From the NCBI GenBank assembly GCA_003647645.1, contig QMNG01000001.1:7938-71937 (forward strand): DNA of 64,000 nucleotides, given 5' to 3'. This stretch comes from a candidate division Kazan bacterium (GTDB taxonomy: Bacteria; Patescibacteriota; Kazan-3B-28). A program made the position numbers and the translations under genes. Of the stretch, positions 7,472 through 15,100 are shown in pieces. The stretch's first letter is position 1, and each line of letters opens with the position of its first letter. Under the pieces are notes generated by a model that was not told the origin of the DNA, searched no databases, and saw only the letters and a program-made list of their open reading frames with translations.

Positions 7472-7499
7472 CCAACGGCTCAACGTGTTGAGCCGTTGG
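7472..7499 (+). terminator. Palindromic hairpin closing the accessory block
   Basis: ccaacggctcaac gt gttgagccgttgg followed by ggttttgg; near-identical palindrome again at 7862-7885. Confidence 0.55.
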
Positions 7500-7504
7500 G
7501 GTTT

Positions 7505-7524
7505 TGGGGTAGAATAAAACCATG
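7505..7524 (+). promoter_or_regulatory. Leaderless-type promoter
   Basis: tggggTAGAAT (7510-7515) then 6 nt then ATG 7522. Confidence 0.5.
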
Positions 7525-7863
7525 CATTGGTGGGTTTGGTTTATTTTAGGTTTTGTGGTGGCGTTGGGTGTTGTGGCCTGGGCTTTACTTAGCGTACGGG
7601 GCAAGAATGACCCGTCTACGCCGAAGGCTTCGCCGGGCCTGCCTGATGACTTGATAAGCCATCAGGCGCGGGAAAAGGCAGAGAACCTAGGGAAGATCAA
7701 GGGTTTGTTTGCAAGGCAAACAAAAGTGGCGAATGATGATGTGCAGACACTCTTGGGCATCTCCGATGCCACTGTGACGAGGTATTTGGATGAGTTAGAA
7801 AAACAGGGAATTATCCGGCAGGTCGGGCAGACTGGCAAGCATGTTTATTACGAAAAAATCTAA
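7522..7863 (+). CDS. Membrane-anchored winged-helix (DeoR/MarR-like HTH) protein
   Basis: 113 aa; N-terminal TM WWVWFILGFVVALGVVAWALL; C-terminal LLGISDATVTRYLDELEKQGIIRQVGQTGKHVYY. Confidence 0.55.
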   Translation: MHWWVWFILGFVVALGVVAWALLSVRGKNDPSTPKASPGLPDDLISHQAREKAENLGKIKGLFARQTKVANDDVQTLLGISDATVTRYLDELEKQGIIRQVGQTGKHVYYEKI

Positions 7864-7924
7864 CGGCTCAACGCGTTGAGCCGTTGAGCTTATCCACCCA
7901 AGCGCGAGGCTTTTGACGGGGTTT

Positions 7925-7944
7925 TGGAGTAAAATAAAACTATG
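7925..7944 (+). promoter_or_regulatory. Leaderless-type promoter
   Basis: tggagTAAAAT (7930-7935) then 6 nt then ATG 7942. Confidence 0.5.
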
Positions 7945-8328
7945 GAAAATAAAATCAAGAAAATTAGGAAACTAGCGCAGGATGTTTATAAATCCTTGGG
8001 TTCAGGATTTCCGGAGGTGGTTTATGATCGGGCGATGCAGGTAGGGTTGAGATTGCAGAAGATAAAATATGATAGCCAGAAAGTTGTTGAGCTGAAGTAT
8101 AAAGATCACTATGTCGGAGAAGGTTTCCCGGACATTATTGTGAACTTCGGCAAAGATAAGATGGTGGTGGAGCTGAAAGCTGTCGGCGGGACTTTGGGCG
8201 GTGCCGAAGAGCAGCAGATAAAATCCTACATGAAGTTGCTGAAAATTAAGAATGGCCTGCTTATTAACTTTCAACAACCCAGAAAAGACGGTAAGACCAG
8301 TCTGGAGATTAAGGAGATAGAGGGTTAA
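7942..8328 (+). CDS. GxxExxY-family PD-(D/E)xK nuclease-like protein
   Basis: 128 aa; LGSGFPEVVYDRAM (GxxExxY), EGFPDIIVNFGKDKMVVELKAV (D...ExK). Confidence 0.75.
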   Translation: MENKIKKIRKLAQDVYKSLGSGFPEVVYDRAMQVGLRLQKIKYDSQKVVELKYKDHYVGEGFPDIIVNFGKDKMVVELKAVGGTLGGAEEQQIKSYMKLLKIKNGLLINFQQPRKDGKTSLEIKEIEG

Positions 8329-8332
8329 TGGA

Positions 8333-8367
8333 GAATGAAGAATTAAGAATTAAGAATTAAGAATTAA
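8333..8367. repeat. Tandem heptamer repeat GAATKAA x5
   Basis: gaatgaa gaattaa gaattaa gaattaa gaattaa just after the GxxExxY stop; related run at 32629-32649. Confidence 0.8.
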
Positions 8368-8395
8368 GACATTGGTATATTTTCTAAAATTAATT

Positions 8396-9034
8396 ATGAA
8401 TAAAACATTACTTTGGATTATTGGAGCTGTCGTTATAGTTGGAGTCGGCGTAGGTAGTTACTATTGGGGTGCTTGGGGAACTTCCCCGGCGGAAGTTGAA
8501 ATGAATGGTTCCGATGAATCAGTTCAACCGATCGGAGATATCGCTGATCAAACTGCTGGTCAAAACACTTCTCAAAATACTTCCCCAATCATTGAGGATG
8601 AGGAAAGTCCTGTCGGGGAATCAACCACACCTACGATTACTCCTGCCAAATCAAATTGGAAGACCTATTATTCCGAAAAGTTAAAGATTGGTTTTAGCTA
8701 TCCGCCAGAAGTGGAGGATCGGCCCTATGATGGTGCACATTTTGCCGATGTGTTGGTTAAAGAGAGTGGTAATAAAATAACATTTGTAGTAGGTGGTTAT
8801 GATGATGAGATAATTGAACGGCGAGATGATAAGCTCCCTAGTGAAACGGCTCGAGAAGCTTTTGATCGTTTAGTAGTTGGCGCCTGGGAAGCTGAGGTTG
8901 GCATGCCAATAGTAGAACCTTGGTATGATCCTAATTATCCGACTACTCTCCTTGTGCTTTGGGTAGGACATGATAGCTTGATTGGGGTTGATAATCACGA
9001 AATTATTAGAAATTCGATAAAAGTTTTTGGTTAA
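8396..9034 (+). CDS. Membrane-anchored or secreted hypothetical protein
   Basis: Track ORF 8372..9034; ATG 8396 gives MNKTLLWIIGAVVIVGVGV signal-anchor; taaaat 8385-8390 lies 5 nt upstream. Confidence 0.5.
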   Translation: MNKTLLWIIGAVVIVGVGVGSYYWGAWGTSPAEVEMNGSDESVQPIGDIADQTAGQNTSQNTSPIIEDEESPVGESTTPTITPAKSNWKTYYSEKLKIGFSYPPEVEDRPYDGAHFADVLVKESGNKITFVVGGYDDEIIERRDDKLPSETAREAFDRLVVGAWEAEVGMPIVEPWYDPNYPTTLLVLWVGHDSLIGVDNHEIIRNSIKVFG

Positions 9035-9103
9035 AACAGGGTGGGAGTATCAAAAAAGACGGCAAGGCCAACTTGGAGATTAAGGAAATTAAAGTTTAGA
9101 ACA

Positions 9104-9637
9104 ATGAGAATTAATCCATACAAGCCCAAAGATTTTGATGAATTTTGGGAGTCCCGAGTTAATAAGTGGATGGTTGATGGAATCAGGAGTTGTGTTGTTA
9201 GTCAAACAAATATTGGAGCAACAACTTTGATATTTTGCTATATTGATTTTTTTGGCAGTTTGTTAAAGCGAAGGGGAAGCCCCCGAGAACGTTTTTATAT
9301 AATGGTTGATAAATATTTCGCTCCCTATAATAAAAAATATAATACGTATAAATGTACATTATATGAAAATTTTCGTTGTAGTTTAGTACATGAGGGAATT
9401 ATGAAAAAGGGTACTGGTATTTTTAGAAGTGACAATCCTGAAGATCGTGACTACCAGCATTTTGGTAATCATAATGGGGCTTTGTTTTTAGATTTAATTC
9501 AGTTAAGTAACGATTTTTATTCGGCCATTAAGGATTTGAAACGAGACATCGATAGCGATAAAAAACTGAAAAACCGTGTACTCAAAAGGGTTAGAGATGA
9601 TTTGAAATGGTCTTTACCAGAAGAAATTAACTCATGA
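9104..9637 (+). CDS. Hypothetical protein with an R-x4-H (HEPN-like) signature
   Basis: Track ORF 9041..9637; internal ATG 9104 (MRINPYKPKDF) preferred because 9053-9099 is a relic of the GxxExxY gene 3' end; motif ENFRCSLVHEG. Confidence 0.45.
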   Translation: MRINPYKPKDFDEFWESRVNKWMVDGIRSCVVSQTNIGATTLIFCYIDFFGSLLKRRGSPRERFYIMVDKYFAPYNKKYNTYKCTLYENFRCSLVHEGIMKKGTGIFRSDNPEDRDYQHFGNHNGALFLDLIQLSNDFYSAIKDLKRDIDSDKKLKNRVLKRVRDDLKWSLPEEINS

Positions 9638-9647
9638 TTTTTTTAGA

Positions 9648-9673
9648 CTTATACACTTCATGAAGTGTATAAG
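9648..9673 (+). terminator. Perfect 26-nt palindrome, probable terminator
   Basis: cttatacacttca/tgaagtgtataag directly after the 9637 stop. Confidence 0.4.
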
Positions 9674-9677
9674 GTTT

Positions 9678-9698
9678 CGGGAGTATAATTTAAATATG
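9678..9698 (+). promoter_or_regulatory. Leaderless-type promoter
   Basis: cgggagTATAAT (9684-9689) then 6 nt then ATG 9696. Confidence 0.45.
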
Positions 9699-10058
9699 AA
9701 GAAGAAAAAGTCATCCACCACGAAAATAGTATTTCCTCAGTTAGACAAATACTTAATCATCGCAGCTGTGTTAGTCAGTGGCTATTTTGTTATCAGCTTT
9801 GTTATACAGGGGATACAGGATGCTAGTTCTCAATATCATGAACAAAAACAAGCTCGGTTTGAACAATCGTTCATAACCTGTTACGAACAGTATCCACAGG
9901 TGAGGTCACAAAAATTAAATAAAATGTATAGGGACCTTACAACAATTCCTCAAAGTTCGTGGGAGAGAATGACAACAAGAGTAGATTATTCTAGGTATAG
10001 ATTTGATTACAGTTCTGTGCCTGAGGAGTTTGCCAATTGTATGAAAAATTATCGTTAG
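9696..10058 (+). CDS. Membrane-anchored hypothetical protein
   Basis: Track ORF 9660..10058; ATG 9696 gives MKKKKSSTTKIVF followed by TM LIIAAVLVSGYFVISFVI. Confidence 0.45.
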   Translation: MKKKKSSTTKIVFPQLDKYLIIAAVLVSGYFVISFVIQGIQDASSQYHEQKQARFEQSFITCYEQYPQVRSQKLNKMYRDLTTIPQSSWERMTTRVDYSRYRFDYSSVPEEFANCMKNYR

Positions 10059-10128
10059 GGTTTGGGGTGTCTGGGATTGACATTTTTCCAGATCTGTGCC
10101 AGGCTTTAAGTAGTTAAGAATGACAACT

Positions 10129-10315
10129 AGGAATATCAAGAGTGTGGTGAACCTCCAACGCAAAAGCTACGGAGGTCAGGATTTCTAAGATTTAGGAGTT
10201 CTGGGGTACTGGCCCTATGATCCACCGGCAACCTGCTTATCAAGGCAAGGTGCCAAAGCCAGCCCATAAGGGAACGATATATTAGTATGACTTCTCTTGT
10301 GATGGAGAAGTTTTT
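10129..10315 (+). promoter_or_regulatory. SAM-I (S-box) riboswitch, copy 1, with intrinsic terminator
   Basis: aaTATCAAGAG ... GGGGTACTGGCCCTATGATCCACCGGCAACC ... AAGGTGCCAAAGCCAGCCC ... GGGAACGATAT matches S-box core blocks; terminator acttctc-ttgtgatg-gagaagttttt 10290-10315 whose 5' half (ctcttg) can pair with P1 caagag. Confidence 0.85.
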
Positions 10316-10332
10316 AAGTCATGGAGGTTACC

Positions 10333-10923
10333 ATGGTAGAAAAAGAAAAAAGAAGTTCAACTAAGGCTATGAAAAAGAGTATTCAGAGCCTGCCCCGAAA
10401 GGACAGAGAACTTGTCCGGAAAATCCTCAAAATGAAAAAAGAGGAGCTAATCAAAAACATTCTTAAGCTCAAAACTCGCGGTGGGCAAGGAGTTGGTATC
10501 TATGGTCGCGAGGTATGCGAATTGTGTGGGCAAAAGGGTAATTTTAATGGGTGGGCTGATGCAATGAGTTCTCATGGTTCTGGTCGGTTTGTTTGTCCGA
10601 GATGCCGTGGCAAAGTTCAGCATGGCAGTGGAGGAGTAGATTCAGACTTACTGGATTTAGAAATCAAAAAACGCAAAAGTAGATATTGCTCTGCTTGTGG
10701 CACCAAAACGCCCATCGATCCTAAAAATAAAGAGGATGTCAGGAAAAATGATTTTCGTTGTCTTGAGTGCACCATTAATGAATTTCAACCTGATCCCCGA
10801 CTCCGCTATCTCCTCTGGGAAGCTTCTCGTAGCGGCGAGGATGCCTTGCGAGCTACATATTGTTCGATGATTGGCGCGAAGAGAGCTATAGATGAGATGA
10901 TGCAGGGGAAGAAGAAAGAATAG
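10333..10923 (+). CDS. Lys-rich double zinc-ribbon protein, unknown function, under SAM-I riboswitch control
   Basis: CELCG-x-CPRCRG and CSACG-x-CLEC pairs; ATG 10333 sits 5 nt after ggagg (10324-10328), alternative ATG 10321. Confidence 0.55.
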   Translation: MVEKEKRSSTKAMKKSIQSLPRKDRELVRKILKMKKEELIKNILKLKTRGGQGVGIYGREVCELCGQKGNFNGWADAMSSHGSGRFVCPRCRGKVQHGSGGVDSDLLDLEIKKRKSRYCSACGTKTPIDPKNKEDVRKNDFRCLECTINEFQPDPRLRYLLWEASRSGEDALRATYCSMIGAKRAIDEMMQGKKKE

Positions 10924-10972
10924 GCCAACTTGGAGATTAAGGAGATTAAGGTATAATGCGTTTGTGACAATT

Positions 10973-11190
10973 AGGAATATCAAGAGTGTGGTGAACCTCC
11001 AACGCAAAAGCTACGGAGGTCAGGATTTCTAAGATTTAGGAGTTCTGGGGTACTGGCCCTGTGATCCACCGGCAACCTACTTATCAAGGCAAGGTGCCAA
11101 AGCCAGCCCGCCTCGGTGGTATTCTCCACGGGGCACGGCAAGGGAACGATATATATTAGATGAAACTTCTCTTGCAAATGAGGAGTTTTT
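10973..11190 (+). promoter_or_regulatory. SAM-I (S-box) riboswitch, copy 2, upstream of metK
   Basis: ~145 nt with 3 mismatches to copy 1, then a 31-nt expansion of the P4 loop; TTGGAG-16-TATAAT promoter (10930-10957); terminator acttctc-ttgcaaat-gaggagttttt 11165-11190. Confidence 0.85.
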
Positions 11191-11208
11191 AACATTTTGG
11201 GAGGAAAA

Positions 11209-12075
11209 ATGAGAACTGCAGAATATGTGATGCCGGGGCATCCGGATAAGATATGTGATGCAATATCAGACAAAATTTTGGATGCGATTGTGGCTCAGGA
11301 TGAAAATGCTCGTGTAGCGATAGAAACAATGGGTGGGCACGGGAAGATCTGTATCTTTGGCGAAGTGAAAACCTCCGCCGAAGTGGATTATGTGAAGTTG
11401 GCCAAGGAAGTGTTACATGGACTGGGCCTTCCGACGGATTACGAATTTATTATCAATGTAGCTGAGCAATCCCCGGATATCACCCAAGGTGTAGATACCG
11501 GCGGAGTAGGAGACCAAGGAATAATGGTCGGATACTATACTAAAGAAACGCTGGAAGGTTTGCCGTTGCCATTTGCGCTATCGAAAAGGATCTGCGAAAA
11601 GTTGTTTGCGATCGGCCCGAAGTTTGGCCTAGGGCCAGACGGTAAGGCGCAGGTAACAGTAGAGAATGACAAGCCGACTGTTATTGTAGTATCGGTACAG
11701 CATCAAGAAAAGGTATCAGTAGAAGAAGTGCGAAAAATTGTGAAACGTGAAGTGTTGGAACCGATATTTGGTGATTTATCGGATGTAAAATTGTTTATCA
11801 ATCAAACGGGCAGATTTGTAATCGGCGGGTTTGATGCGGACACTGGTTTAACCGGGCGCAAAATAGTTATCGACGCTTACGGGCCGGAAGTGCCAGTCGG
11901 CGGGGGAGCATTCTCTGGCAAGGATAAAACTAAGATGGATAGAACTGGAGCAATTCTGGCAAGAGAGATGGCAAGGAAGATCGTGGAGGAAGAAAAGGTC
12001 GATTGGGCAAAAGTAACACTGGCATATGCGATAGGGGTGAGGGATCCCATTATGGTAAATGTGGAAAAAGGATAG
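11209..12075 (+). CDS. metK: S-adenosylmethionine synthetase, C-terminally short form
   Basis: GHPDKICDAISD, GDQGIMVGY, GRFVIGG, GLTGRKIVIDAYG, GGGAFSGKDKTKMDRTGA; 288 aa, ending right after the AYAIGV block; gggagga before ATG 11209. Confidence 0.8.
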   Translation: MRTAEYVMPGHPDKICDAISDKILDAIVAQDENARVAIETMGGHGKICIFGEVKTSAEVDYVKLAKEVLHGLGLPTDYEFIINVAEQSPDITQGVDTGGVGDQGIMVGYYTKETLEGLPLPFALSKRICEKLFAIGPKFGLGPDGKAQVTVENDKPTVIVVSVQHQEKVSVEEVRKIVKREVLEPIFGDLSDVKLFINQTGRFVIGGFDADTGLTGRKIVIDAYGPEVPVGGGAFSGKDKTKMDRTGAILAREMARKIVEEEKVDWAKVTLAYAIGVRDPIMVNVEKG

Positions 12076-12345
12076 GTTTTTCTTGGCTAGGAGCGGATTT
12101 TCTTGTATTAAATCTCATTTTTATTATACCGGGGGCAACTTTTTGTCCCTTGAAAACAGGGGAAAATTCAACAAAAGGAGTGTAATCTACGATGAAACAG
12201 CTATATACAGTTGTTTTTCTGTTTTTCATTTTTCATTCGACATTCTTTGTTTATCATTAATTATTATTGACTGGGAATGGGCTCTTTTAGTATAAAGTAA
12301 ATGGCTCTTTGACAAAATCTGTGAGCCAAAGGAGGCAAGAGAAAG

Positions 12346-12777
12346 GTGATTATAGAAACCTTTCTTCTGAACTGTGCGTTGGCCACCCTCACTGGTCTCG
12401 TTGTTGGTGGAGCCGTCAAAAGCGTTGTCCGTCACGGCGAAGACGATGACGATTCATCGTACAGTTTAGTGAGGTCACCAGGATCCAGCCCTCTGCCTTA
12501 TCAGCAGTACACTCCTTATACTCCGTCCTCCTATTACGGAGAAAGCACGGTCAAGCTTAACAAGGATGTGGCTGAGATCATGGGGCGGGCGACAACCCTT
12601 ACCAGTCAGCATCGCAAGGAAGAGCACGGATTTAGTATGGTAGCGCAGCTGTTGGCATCGAACCCTTCGTCTGAGGAAGCAAGCGTTAGCATGTTCAAAC
12701 GCCGGGAAAACAGTTTCCTCGGATTCACTTGGGGCGAGATGGTCGAAACCGAGAGGTATGTGGCCAAGAGGTGGTAA
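12346..12777 (+). CDS. Hypothetical protein
   Basis: 143 aa, GTG start 7 nt after aaggagg; N-terminal hydrophobic helix; no recognisable motif. Confidence 0.45.
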   Translation: MIIETFLLNCALATLTGLVVGGAVKSVVRHGEDDDDSSYSLVRSPGSSPLPYQQYTPYTPSSYYGESTVKLNKDVAEIMGRATTLTSQHRKEEHGFSMVAQLLASNPSSEEASVSMFKRRENSFLGFTWGEMVETERYVAKRW

Positions 12778-13281
12778 TCACGCCATTACTACAAAAGGAC
12801 GGGATGCTGGTGTTTGCTTTTTGAGGCATCTGAGGAAGGGTGCCCAATAAGGCAATCACTAAATCACACAAGTTGAATAAGTTCTCGGTAGAAGGGGTAG
12901 GCTTCATGGACTCACATGTGTTTCAAATCTTTGCTGCCGGCGTTAGCCAGCACGCCAGATAGTCGTCTCCACGGAGGGAGACGACTTTTGCTTTTTGTAG
13001 AGAAAAGGGCCTGTATAAGTGGGGCACGGGGGTAGAGGAGCTCGGTGAACGCCAGCCCAAAGACTGGGTCGGCAGGATCTGACGATGATTCCTGTTTCTC
13101 CCCGCAGTTAAGCCACTGCGTTAACAAAAGGCTTTATTGTTTATTTTGATTGGGGGTGGGTTTTATATTTTTAATTTCAAGTCATTAATATTTTCTTTAA
13201 ATAGCGGGAGGGATAAATACCTCAGCCGGGTGAGGTGTTTGGCGCGGCGCGGCGCCCTGAATCCTACATAGTTTGGGGTTT

Positions 13282-13302
13282 TGGGAGTAAAATAAAAATA
13301 TG
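13282..13302 (+). promoter_or_regulatory. Leaderless-type promoter
   Basis: tgggagTAAAAT (13288-13293) then 6 nt then ATG 13300. Confidence 0.5.
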
Positions 13303-13854
13303 AAGAGGCGTCTTCTTCTCACTTTTTCGTTGGTGCTGACAGCAACTTTGCTGGTTGCCTGCGGCAAATCATCAAATTTGGAATCAATTAACACTAATAA
13401 AATTATGGATAACTTAGTTCTTGCAAGCCCTGCTTTCACTGAAGGCGGCTCTATTCCGGCCAAATATACCGGCGAAGGGGAAAATATCAACCCACCGCTT
13501 AAGATTTCAGGAGTGCCTGAGAATGCTCGGAGTCTTGTTTTGATTATGGATGATCCCGATGCCCCAATGGGGGTTTGGGACCACTGGATCGTCTGGAATA
13601 TTCCTCCTCAAACAGCGGAGATTAAGGAGGGTGAATTGCCCGCCGGCGCCGTGGTGGGAACAAATAGTTTTGGCAACCAAAACTATGGCGGGCCTTATCC
13701 GCCTCCCGGTCCGGCCCACCGCTATGTTTTTAAACTCTATGCTCTAAACCAAGGTCTTGACCTTTCTGCTGGAGCTAAGAAGTCGGAAGTGGAAAAAGCC
13801 ATGGAAGGTAAAATCCTCGCTCAAACCACTTTGACGGGCAAATACAATCGCTGA
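13300..13854 (+). CDS. YbhB/YbcL-type PEBP family lipoprotein
   Basis: Lipobox LLVAC; MDDPDAPMGVWDHWIVWNIP and GPAHRYVFKLYAL are PEBP signatures. Confidence 0.8.
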   Translation: MKRRLLLTFSLVLTATLLVACGKSSNLESINTNKIMDNLVLASPAFTEGGSIPAKYTGEGENINPPLKISGVPENARSLVLIMDDPDAPMGVWDHWIVWNIPPQTAEIKEGELPAGAVVGTNSFGNQNYGGPYPPPGPAHRYVFKLYALNQGLDLSAGAKKSEVEKAMEGKILAQTTLTGKYNR

Positions 13855-13958
13855 GTTGTTTAGACCTGCAAGGATTTAGCCCAGCGGATTTTTCTTGACT
13901 GGGAACGGATTCTTTAGTACAATTCTCGTATCTTGCACCATATTAAGGAGGTATGATT

Positions 13959-14390
13959 ATGTCGGCGGAAGAGACAGAACGGCCTAAAATGCAACAGGTC
14001 TCAGAGAATCTTTTTTTGGTGCCGGAGGGTGTTCTAATCTTCTGCCCTGGCCATGATTTCGGCGGCCGATTTGATTCACCCTTTCAATGCCACCAAGAAT
14101 TCTTTGACCAGCTGCTGGCAAAGTTTCCCGATCCGTCAGTTCATCTTTTGATAAGAAGATATGTCCAGCTGGGGTGGATGCGAGAGCTGATGGCAACGCG
14201 CATGAAGCGCCTGGGATACTCTCAGGAAAAAATCAAATCTGTGCAGAAAAAGATTAGCGTCTTTCTTGCCGAAGAAGAGAAAGAATATGTAGCTCTTGGT
14301 TACGCGCCCATCAGTTTTGCTGGATATGATCCCAATGAATTGGAGGAATACGAGGCAAAACTGCTTGAGCGAGCCGGAATTCCAGCCTGA
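13959..14390 (+). CDS. Hypothetical protein
   Basis: aaggagg then ATG 13953 or 13959; no recognisable motif; terminator-like hairpin gcgcccaga...tctgggtgc at ~14418-14447. Confidence 0.45.
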   Translation: MSAEETERPKMQQVSENLFLVPEGVLIFCPGHDFGGRFDSPFQCHQEFFDQLLAKFPDPSVHLLIRRYVQLGWMRELMATRMKRLGYSQEKIKSVQKKISVFLAEEEKEYVALGYAPISFAGYDPNELEEYEAKLLERAGIPA

Positions 14391-14585
14391 GCTTGACTTT
14401 CTCAGTGTACTCAGCAAAGCGCCCAGATACATTCTGGGTGCTTCTTTATTATATATTTGCTAGTTTTTATATAATTTCTGAAATGAATTGAATGCCTGTC
14501 CACTGTAACGAGAGCAATTAAAAGTATTAGCTGAGCAGAAGTTTGTTAGATGGGATATAATCCAAATATAAGGGGGTGAACCTTA

Positions 14586-14969
14586 ATGACAAGGAATGTA
14601 CCTACTTGTTTGGATGTCGATAAAATCATCGCTAACTTAGGCAGACGGCGCTCTGGCAGTATTGTCTATATAGACGTCTGTCCACCAGAGACTGAGGGAT
14701 GGTATCTCATTGCTCGGAGAGGCAAGAGGCAAGAGAAGGTTTTCTATTTCCTTCTTGCTGGGTTGAAGCACAAGCTGAGGAAACTAGGGTACGTAGTAGT
14801 TACTACTCTGGAGGCCAAGCGCAAGATCAGGGAATGGAAGAAAGAAGACGAGGAATGGCATAGGAGAACTGCGGAGGAAGTGAAAAGGATCAACGAGGTC
14901 TTTGATCGAATGCGGCACCCTCCGTTTAATCCGTACAGTCCTATCTATGGCGGACGCGTGGCTGCTTAA
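14586..14969 (+). CDS. Hypothetical basic protein
   Basis: 127 aa; tgggaTATAAT at 14551-14561 and aaggggg RBS; followed by terminator 14998-15032. Confidence 0.45.
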   Translation: MTRNVPTCLDVDKIIANLGRRRSGSIVYIDVCPPETEGWYLIARRGKRQEKVFYFLLAGLKHKLRKLGYVVVTTLEAKRKIREWKKEDEEWHRRTAEEVKRINEVFDRMRHPPFNPYSPIYGGRVAA

Positions 14970-14997
14970 GGCGGCGAGGCCTATCGACTTTCATCAG

Positions 14998-15032
14998 ACC
15001 GCTTTCCTGTTTATAAGGAAAGCGGTTTTTTA
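14998..15032 (+). terminator. Rho-independent terminator
   Basis: accgctttcc-tgtttataa-ggaaagcggt followed by tttttt. Confidence 0.75.
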
Positions 15033-15100
15033 TTGTAATTCTCTTTACCGTTTATGCAATTTGGAGTATTATCATAGTCGTATTAAGAACGCTTTCGTTT

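Noticed and set aside
8333-8367. Heptamer tandem repeat considered as a CRISPR-like or coding repeat
   Set aside because: The units are 7 nt with no spacers, which is far too short for CRISPR, and 7 nt is not a codon multiple. Recorded only as a simple tandem repeat.
9915-11007. Minus-strand track ORFs 9915..10163 and 10657..11007, both starting MRWRFTTLLIFL
   Set aside because: Their shared N-termini are simply the reverse translation of the duplicated SAM-I riboswitch sequence. They have no RBS and overlap better-supported plus-strand features.
12912-13127. Minus-strand 71-aa ORF in the 12780-13300 gap
   Set aside because: No RBS. It spans a plus-strand terminator hairpin (12961-12995) and the repeated 70-nt module, so it is likely an artefact of a non-coding region.
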